IMG/VR virus record: IMGVR_UViG_3300025103_000055
Location: 1 to 40,802 of that record
Strand: one strand, 5' to 3'
Source of the DNA: a virus
Taxonomy: Duplodnaviria > Caudoviricetes
DNA length: 40,802 nucleotides
Position 1 is the first letter of the stretch, and each line of letters begins with the position of its first letter. The translations under genes and the position numbers were made by a program. This document shows, in pieces, positions 34,676-40,802 of the stretch. The notes beneath the pieces were generated by a model. That model had not been told where the DNA came from, made no database searches, and saw only the letters and a program-made list of their open reading frames with translations.

Positions 34676-37174
34676 TTATTCGTTTCCACCACGAATAATT
34701 TCAACATTTGGCATCATGTCTTTAGCATTTGGAAGAGTTTTACTCAAAACAGTTTTTTGAATTGATGTATCAGCTCTTAAATTTGCTAAATCTTCATTTT
34801 GTTCAAGTTTTTCTTCTTGATTTTGTTGATTCATCATTGCTCTCATCTTATCAAGATTAATTCTTTCTTGATCTTGCTCTTTTCTACGTTGATTTTCCAT
34901 TGCTCTAAGGTCTAACTCTCTTGATCTTAGTTTTGCAATAGGATCATTGTCGAATTGTGAAGTAATTTCTTTTTCTTCCTTCATAAATTCTTCCATCATC
35001 TCTGCAATCAACTGAGCTTTTCTTGCTTCAATCTTTTGTGTAAGCATTTGTACCTGTTGTTGTAGACCAGGATTCTGTTGAGCCATTTGTTGCATCTGTT
35101 GTAGTTGAACTAATTCATCTCTGAACTCTAATTCAATTTGTTCTTGAGACATTAGACTAATATGTTCAAAAATATTCTTCTCTAATGAAGCCATAATCAT
35201 TGGATTGTTTCTAGCAATGTTAGTTGCCATGAAATTTAAGTGAGCTGTAATGTGAGCTCTGTGATCTTGACCTGGAAACGCTTGAAATTGTTTTCCAGCT
35301 AACGCATCAATGTGTTCTAACGCCGGATCTTTTGGCATTGGTTGCATTGGTTTAATTAAAACTTGATCAATATTTTTTACACCTAAAGCTTCATACATAT
35401 TTCTATATGCTTGATACAGATTGTGCATTTGTGGATTAGATGATGCCAGTTGCAACTCTGTTTGCGCTAGTGAAATACGCTGAGTCTGTGAAAAGATGTT
35501 GGGATCGGCAACTGGCAATATATCTACTCTATCATCAAAGTCAGTTTGTTTAACAACTCTTTGACCCCCAACTACATCGTACGGATATTCCGGTGGTAGA
35601 TATAACTTGAATACTCTTGCTAGTAATTTAAATTCTTGTTTAAGAGCAGAGTAAATTCTTTTGTGAATTGCAGACATAGTTCTACTTCCTCTTTCAAGAA
35701 GAGCTACTGTAGTTCCAACTGCTGCTTGTTGATTGCCATCACCAACTTGTAAATCTGCTATTGATGCAAATCTTTGTCCTGCTTGAACAACGATACCCAT
35801 CAAACTTAATAATGTTTGACTTGGTTCTTTAAATGGAAGCATCATAAATGAATCTCTTAAATTACCACCGGGTGCATCTACATCTCTAAACTCACCTGGT
35901 TGAATTGATTGTGCATCATCTCTAATTCTAATACCACGCATTTTAAATCCTGCAGGTAAATTAGATAAAGTTCCTGCATCTAATAATTGTCTTAATGCAG
36001 AAGTTGCAGTTCTTGATAATCCACCAATCATGTGAATCAAACCAAAACCATAAAAACCTAGTCCTGGTAAAAATTTAAAGTGTACAAAATAATTAATTTT
36101 ATTTTTCATTGCATCACCTATTTCATAGTTTCTTCTAATAGATAAAACTTCACGTGAATTTTCTTCAAGTGTTACAATGTATGGGACCTTAATTCCTGAT
36201 GGCTCACCAGTCTCTTGATTTACATCTTCAAAACCTTCTAAGTCTAAATCAATATGACATTCTAATAATGTATAAACATCGTCGTTTGTAGTTCTTGTTA
36301 CTCCTTCAAGTTCTCTTTCCTTTTTTTCAATTTCAGTTTCTTTATCTCCAGGTTTTCCAATATCTATATCTTTATAGAATCCACCAACCTGTTGTTTTCT
36401 TAAATCGTTTTCAGAAATTTTTACACGATGGATGATTGCCTCTGCATCGTCTAATGAGGTAGCGGTGTAGGGTACAATCAAATCATCTGCAGGAACAAAT
36501 TTAGAAACTGCTCTTTGTTCCATATCGTCATAGTAGACTTTTTTAAAAGCAGAACCTGCTAATGGTAAGTTAAATAATAACTGATCAAAATCTGGTTCGT
36601 ACTCTTTCATTTTTTCCATTAACTCGTAGTTCATGAAATCTTTTACTCTAGCTGCTTGCTGAGTTTTTTCTTGCGATGGCATTCCAATTGTTTGAGTTCT
36701 AACTGGTCCATCTGCTGGAAGTAATTCTTTGTAAGCTAATGCTTGAAATTGTGTAACAGCTTCTGCTAGTACTGGGTGTGTTGCACCACTAGCCCCTGCA
36801 AAAGGTTCTGTTCTATTATTATATTTAAAACCTAAAAGGTCTAAACCTTGAGTATAAGTTTGTGCCCAATCTTTTCTTGAAGCTGTGTAGTCTTGATACT
36901 TAGAAGATAAATCTGAGGCTAGTCTTCCAAGTACATCGTCTGGTAAAAATTCTGCTAAGTTTGCATAATGCTCATCACCACCTTCAGGTGACGCTGCTGC
37001 AGGATCTAAATTAATATCTACTGATCCATCTTCGTTTTCTGAAACTTCAATATCATCAGGTGATTCTTGAACCGCTTGAACTTCTTCTACAATTTCTTCT
37101 TGAATCTCTTCTTCACCAGGAACATTAACTGTTTTTCGAACTTCGTTTGGAAGTGCTTTGTCTATATCTGCCAT
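34676..37174 (-). CDS. Portal protein (P22-like, long C-terminal coiled coil)
   Basis: SRKDW, HPVLAEAVTQFQA, LPLAGSAFKKVY, FLPGLGFYGFGL, LRQLLDAGTLSNLP, VGTTVALLE. 832 aa, downstream of terL. Confidence 0.88.
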   Translation of the reverse strand: MADIDKALPNEVRKTVNVPGEEEIQEEIVEEVQAVQESPDDIEVSENEDGSVDINLDPAAASPEGGDEHYANLAEFLPDDVLGRLASDLSSKYQDYTASRKDWAQTYTQGLDLLGFKYNNRTEPFAGASGATHPVLAEAVTQFQALAYKELLPADGPVRTQTIGMPSQEKTQQAARVKDFMNYELMEKMKEYEPDFDQLLFNLPLAGSAFKKVYYDDMEQRAVSKFVPADDLIVPYTATSLDDAEAIIHRVKISENDLRKQQVGGFYKDIDIGKPGDKETEIEKKERELEGVTRTTNDDVYTLLECHIDLDLEGFEDVNQETGEPSGIKVPYIVTLEENSREVLSIRRNYEIGDAMKNKINYFVHFKFLPGLGFYGFGLIHMIGGLSRTATSALRQLLDAGTLSNLPAGFKMRGIRIRDDAQSIQPGEFRDVDAPGGNLRDSFMMLPFKEPSQTLLSLMGIVVQAGQRFASIADLQVGDGNQQAAVGTTVALLERGSRTMSAIHKRIYSALKQEFKLLARVFKLYLPPEYPYDVVGGQRVVKQTDFDDRVDILPVADPNIFSQTQRISLAQTELQLASSNPQMHNLYQAYRNMYEALGVKNIDQVLIKPMQPMPKDPALEHIDALAGKQFQAFPGQDHRAHITAHLNFMATNIARNNPMIMASLEKNIFEHISLMSQEQIELEFRDELVQLQQMQQMAQQNPGLQQQVQMLTQKIEARKAQLIAEMMEEFMKEEKEITSQFDNDPIAKLRSRELDLRAMENQRRKEQDQERINLDKMRAMMNQQNQEEKLEQNEDLANLRADTSIQKTVLSKTLPNAKDMMPNVEIIRGGNE

Positions 37175-37286
37175 TATATTTTTTCTCCGTAAGTTTTATC
37201 TGTTTAACACCATTATAATTAATATTCAACCCCTGAGGCATGGGCCCTGATTCCGGAGGAATTGTTCTAGTAAGCCTTTTAGTCAT
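37125..37286 (-). CDS. 53-aa hypothetical protein (PP.SGPMPQGL motif)
   Basis: Not in the ORF track. Manual translation: MTKRLTRTIPPESGPMPQGLNINYNGVKQIKLTEKKYNGRYRQSTSKRSSKNS. Overlaps the upstream stop and the portal start. Confidence 0.55.
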   Translation of the reverse strand: MTKRLTRTIPPESGPMPQGLNINYNGVKQIKLTEKKYNGRYRQSTSKRSSKNS

Positions 37287-37932
37287 TACCAAATTTTTTG
37301 TATAATTCTTGTCCTGGTCCTAAAGCAAATTCTTTATATGACATTCTATCATCATATCCACCTTTACCATCGAAGAAGTATTCTCTCATCCATTTTTCAG
37401 ATTTAGGCATTGTACCACTACCCTGGTTTTTTCTTGTTTCCTCCATAGCCTGTTTTACTGCTTGACCAAATTCATAACCATCGTCCATAAGTTCTTTTAC
37501 TCTTTTACTTAATTCTGCATCAGGATCCAGGGAGCCTATACCAAATTGTGCTCGGCCTCCATCAGCAAACTTTTTAAAATATTGTTCTGCAAATTTATCT
37601 ATATCCATGCCAGTTGCTTCAAGGCCTCCGGCTTTAATATAAGCTTCTGTAACCATTGCATTGTATTCTGTATCTCCACCTTCTAACATATTGGTTCTAT
37701 AATTTTCTATTTTCTCAGTTACCATTTCTCCTGTTTCACCAAATAATGGTTTAACAATTTTTAAATACTCATCTATTTCTAGTTCACCATTTTCATATGC
37801 TTTTCTTGAAAATATACCGACCATGTCAGCATAAGTTTTTGGAGACAAAGTATTAACTGCTGCTTCTGTGTCAAGCATGTCTAACATCTTTGTAAAATTT
37901 TTAGGTTTTTTAGGAGGGGCTTGGTCAGGCAC
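37279..37932 (-). CDS. Modular hypothetical protein with MLEGG / FADGG motifs
   Basis: 217-aa ORF starting at GTG with AGGAG upstream. Confidence 0.7.
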   Translation of the reverse strand: MPDQAPPKKPKNFTKMLDMLDTEAAVNTLSPKTYADMVGIFSRKAYENGELEIDEYLKIVKPLFGETGEMVTEKIENYRTNMLEGGDTEYNAMVTEAYIKAGGLEATGMDIDKFAEQYFKKFADGGRAQFGIGSLDPDAELSKRVKELMDDGYEFGQAVKQAMEETRKNQGSGTMPKSEKWMREYFFDGKGGYDDRMSYKEFALGPGQELYKKFGND

Positions 37933-38516
37933 TACAGGACTCCTGCAATACCGCCCATAGCTTTTTTTTCTATTTTTTTATCAGGACCAGGACCAATTGC
38001 TTGGTTTTTTTTATAGAAATCTTTTTTTAAAATAAACTTAGGTCCATCTCTTGTTACAACTTCTACATAATCATCCATATTAAACATGGTACTACCTTCA
38101 CCTGTAGTTGTATCTCTTTGCATTGATTTAGATGGTTTAACAATTTCTTCTGTTCCACTACCATAAGCCATTCTCATAGATCCACCACCCATAGCCATAG
38201 CTCTATTCTCTTCCATCATTTTCTTTTTAGACACATAATTATCTAAATATTGATCTAAGGAAATACCTCTAACTGCAGGGTCGTCTTTTGATTTTAAATC
38301 GTTGTATTCGTTAATGACACCCATTAACTCAAGTTGAAATTCTTCTTCAGCAGTTTCTGATGCCATTTTAATTGATGGAGCTTTTCTTAAAGATCTAATT
38401 CCACCTTCATCTTCATACTCTTCAGGATCGTTAAGGTCTTCTAAAGTTTCACCCATCTCGATCATTCTAAGCTGATCTTTTAATCTTTGGTCTAGTTCTC
38501 TATCGTCAATTGCCAT
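37932..38516 (-). CDS. Modular hypothetical protein with MAMGG / KAMGG motifs
   Basis: 194-aa ORF directly after terL. Confidence 0.72.
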   Translation of the reverse strand: MAIDDRELDQRLKDQLRMIEMGETLEDLNDPEEYEDEGGIRSLRKAPSIKMASETAEEEFQLELMGVINEYNDLKSKDDPAVRGISLDQYLDNYVSKKKMMEENRAMAMGGGSMRMAYGSGTEEIVKPSKSMQRDTTTGEGSTMFNMDDYVEVVTRDGPKFILKKDFYKKNQAIGPGPDKKIEKKAMGGIAGVL

Positions 38517-38521
38517 AATTC

Positions 38522-39994
38522 CTAATAATACACTTTTGGAGTCTGTTGTAAAGGCTCATCTTCATAATCTTCAGGGTGTTTAATTAATCCACCTTGCCTG
38601 AATCTCATCACTGCTTGAGTCATAGAATCGACTAAGTCATCGTGATCTCCATAAGGAAAAGCAGCACATTCTTCAATTACTTCTTGTGCAAACTCCATAT
38701 CAGCAGGTGCATATATTTTACCAGACTCAAACAATGGAGATACTGAATTAACTCTTGTATGTTTATCATTACCACGTGATGGTGTAAAATTTATTACAGG
38801 TATTCCAGATTTTCTTAATTCATAAGTCAGAGGGAGCCCGGATGCTTTGCCCTCTATGATCACTGTCTCCGGTTGCCAGTAGCCGTATTGATCTAATGCA
38901 ACACGTCTTAATTCTGGAAACTCAAATCTACCTTTAATAGAATCAACTAACATTAAACAAGGACCACTATCTTCATTAGGATGAAATACACCCCAGGTGG
39001 TAATAGCAGAATAGTCGGCAGTTTCTTTTTTCATGAAAGCTGTATCATAAGATTGTATGACATGTTCTAATGGAGGAATATCATCTTCCCAATTTTGCCA
39101 CCATTCTCTTTTAATCAAAGCTCCTTCTTCACCGGTTGGGTTCTGCATATATTGTGCATTCCATTTTGATAATGGAATAGATGCTTTAACTCCTTCTAAA
39201 TCTTTTAGATTCCAATATTCCGGCCACAGGGGATCACCTGATGGCATGATAGCAGGAAACTCAATTAGTTCCCATTGATCAGCTTTAGGTTCTTTTTGTG
39301 CTTTAAGTAATCTACCCGCCAAATCTTTTTCATTCCATCTAGTCATTACAATAATAATTGTTCCACCAGGTTGAAGACGTTGACGTGGACCAGATGTATA
39401 CCACTCATAAGTTCTCTCAAGAGCTTGAGCATTCATTGCATCTTGCTCAGTATGTGGATCATCAATGATTAGAAGATCAGCACCACGACCTGTAATTGCA
39501 GATCCAACACCGGCAGCATAGTATTCACCACCTTGTTGTGTTTCCCATTTACCGGCAGCTTGAGAATCTTCTTTAAGTCTTGTTTTAAATACTTCCTTAT
39601 ATTCTGGAGTATCCATAAGTTGTTTTGCTTTACGTCCAAACCTTACCGATAATTCAGTTGTGTTAGTTGATTGAATAATTTTTAATTTAGGATTTCTACC
39701 TACCATCCAGGCAGGAAATAAATAACTGGCAAATTCAGATTTAGTATGTCTAGGTGCCATGTTAATTATAACACGTTTTGTTTTACCAGTAGCAATGTCA
39801 TTAAATTTTTTAGCAACATCTTTGTGATGTCTACCTTCTATAAAATCTGGCCATACGTGTTTAACGAAAGCCATGAAGTCATTTTTAATATCTGTTTCTT
39901 TTTTCTTCTCTTTCCATTTATTCATGTAAAGAGCGAATTGCCTTTTAATATCAGGCGGCAGCTTATCTAGATTTTTTAATTTCTCTTTGTCCAT
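38522..39994 (-). CDS. terL: Terminase large subunit
   Basis: INMAPRHTKS (Walker A variant), ITGRGADLLIIDDP (Walker B), VMTRW, nuclease SYDTA...DYSA, HDDLVDS. The start is probably MDKEKL at 39994; the track extends it to 40021. Confidence 0.93.
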   Translation of the reverse strand: MDKEKLKNLDKLPPDIKRQFALYMNKWKEKKKETDIKNDFMAFVKHVWPDFIEGRHHKDVAKKFNDIATGKTKRVIINMAPRHTKSEFASYLFPAWMVGRNPKLKIIQSTNTTELSVRFGRKAKQLMDTPEYKEVFKTRLKEDSQAAGKWETQQGGEYYAAGVGSAITGRGADLLIIDDPHTEQDAMNAQALERTYEWYTSGPRQRLQPGGTIIIVMTRWNEKDLAGRLLKAQKEPKADQWELIEFPAIMPSGDPLWPEYWNLKDLEGVKASIPLSKWNAQYMQNPTGEEGALIKREWWQNWEDDIPPLEHVIQSYDTAFMKKETADYSAITTWGVFHPNEDSGPCLMLVDSIKGRFEFPELRRVALDQYGYWQPETVIIEGKASGLPLTYELRKSGIPVINFTPSRGNDKHTRVNSVSPLFESGKIYAPADMEFAQEVIEECAAFPYGDHDDLVDSMTQAVMRFRQGGLIKHPEDYEDEPLQQTPKVYY

Positions 39995-40007
39995 AATTGC
40001 ATTCGAA

Positions 40008-40029
40008 AAAAAATTTTGCAAAATTTTTT
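40008..40029. repeat. Perfect 22-bp palindrome AAAAAATTTTGCAAAATTTTTT
   Basis: Read directly. Lies 14 nt upstream of the likely terL start. Confidence 0.85.
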
Positions 40030-40184
40030 CAGATATGTTTTTAAATAACCAAAAGTATTTTAGGGTTACTTATATATAAAACCTTATATTTTACTAAGTA
40101 TATAGAGACTCCTATAATTTACAAGCTGATTAAAGTCACAAGAAAGTTCAAAGTTTCTATGGGTCTTGGTACCTCTATCAAGTT

Positions 40185-40290
40185 CGAGCGAGCCGGGGGG
40201 GGGGTGGTGGCGACGAACGAACGAGCGAGCTCGCTCAGGCCACCGGAGGCCGAAGGCCTCCGGCATGGTTCCGGCGCCGAAGGCGCCGAA
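40185..40290. other. GC-rich non-coding element: G10 run, (CGAR)n repeats, palindrome and two GAA-triloop hairpins
   Basis: G10 at 40195-40204; GAGCGAGCTCGCTC at 40223-40236; CCGGAGGCC-GAA-GGCCTCCGG at 40243-40263; CGGCGCC-GAA-GGCGCCG at 40272-40288. Confidence 0.85.
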
Positions 40291-40303
40291 AAATTTTATC
40301 GCC

Positions 40304-40370
40304 TGCGACATTTTGTCGCATGTGACATTTTGTCACATGTTGTTGCACCACGCGACATTTTGTCGCGTGG
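40304..40370. repeat. Three tandem palindromic boxes YGYGACA-TTT-TGTCRCR
   Basis: Copies at 40304-40320, 40321-40337 and 40351-40367. The third extends to 10-bp arms (40348-40370). Confidence 0.9.
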
Positions 40371-40391
40371 CTTATTAACACTAGGAGGTTG

Positions 40392-40664
40392 TTAATCTAG
40401 TAATTCAAAATACTCCTTTGTGAAGTTCTTTTGAAACCAAGTAATACCCTTTTGCATTAGGTCATAATCTTGGCTTAATTCTGCGCCTGTGATTGTGTCA
40501 TAGATTGCAACAGCAAACGCAGGAAGTTTGACAAATACTTTATGATCTTTGTCATTAAATCTATGAGGTACAGTTATCATTTTAGTTGGCTCTTTACCAA
40601 AAAAACATTGGTCAAATGGTGTTGGTATTGTGTAGTCTTTATTATTGTATTTAATTGTTTTCAT
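40392..40664 (-). CDS. Hypothetical (probably early) protein
   Basis: 90 aa with AAGGAG RBS. Confidence 0.75.
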   Translation of the reverse strand: MKTIKYNNKDYTIPTPFDQCFFGKEPTKMITVPHRFNDKDHKVFVKLPAFAVAIYDTITGAELSQDYDLMQKGITWFQKNFTKEYFELLD

Positions 40665-40708
40665 TTTTATTACTCCTTGTTAATAACCGTATAATAGCAC
40701 AATGGCGA

Positions 40709-40801
40709 TTAACTCGCCATTGCGCATTTTGACGCATGATAATGTATTTCTCTAACTGTTCTTACGTCTTCATAATAATAACCCTCAAAAATTTTCCATG
40801 C
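40709..40801 (-). CDS. C-terminal fragment of a gene entering from outside the window
   Basis: Open frame ...AWKIFEGYYYEDVRTVREIHYHASKCAMAS*. The stop lies in the loop of AATGGCGA-N5-TCGCCATT (40701-40721). Confidence 0.5.
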   Translation of the reverse strand, partial: AWKIFEGYYYEDVRTVREIHYHASKCAMAS

Positions 40802-40802
40802 T

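Noticed and set aside
34676-39994. Introns, inteins or homing endonucleases in terL and portal
   Set aside because: Both frames are continuous with expected motif spacing. No intein C-terminal HN-C/S/T or LAGLIDADG/HNH signature seen.
40304-40370. CRISPR array or integron attC sites
   Set aside because: The repeats are 17 bp, adjacent or 13 nt apart, with no unique spacers of CRISPR length, no cas or integrase gene, and no RYYYAAC/GTTRRRY ends.
40084-40395. ORFs 40084..40311, 40159..40395 and 40166..40378
   Set aside because: These are by-products of a GC-rich palindromic non-coding region that lacks stop codons; codon usage is unlike the rest of the genome.

Overview
This window is about 41 kb of an AT-rich dsDNA tailed phage genome with podovirus-type organisation and no tape measure or sheath gene. 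The capsid N-terminus (MAISRGQLVKELEPGLNALFGLEY), GroES next to the scaffold, the glycosyltransferases and the 2OG-Fe(II) oxygenases resemble marine Pelagibacter (SAR11) phages of the HTVC023P / vSAG 37-F6 type. That assignment is recognition from memory, not a database result. Almost all genes are on the minus strand. Read right to left: early ORFs; a GC-rich non-coding hairpin/palindrome cluster (40185-40395); TerL; two modular hypothetical proteins; portal; holin; a run of tiny Lys/Arg-rich ORFs; GroES; scaffold; major capsid; head-tail and tail genes; an inverted cassette of three 2OG-Fe(II) oxygenases; two glycosyltransferases; putative internal/ejection proteins; an inverted SNF2 helicase; and a replication module (SSB-like, AEP primase, UvrD-like helicase, DUF3310, PolA start). 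Three unexplained signals stand out. (1) A shared basic-[FYMK]-[A]-x-G-G peptide motif occurs in 8-9 otherwise unrelated late proteins, together with a free-standing domain resembling the processed C-terminal region of lambda tape measure protein; this suggests a tag-and-process or tag-and-package system. (2) There are several candidate structured RNAs. (3) The terminal hairpin and palindrome cluster shows compensatory substitutions.
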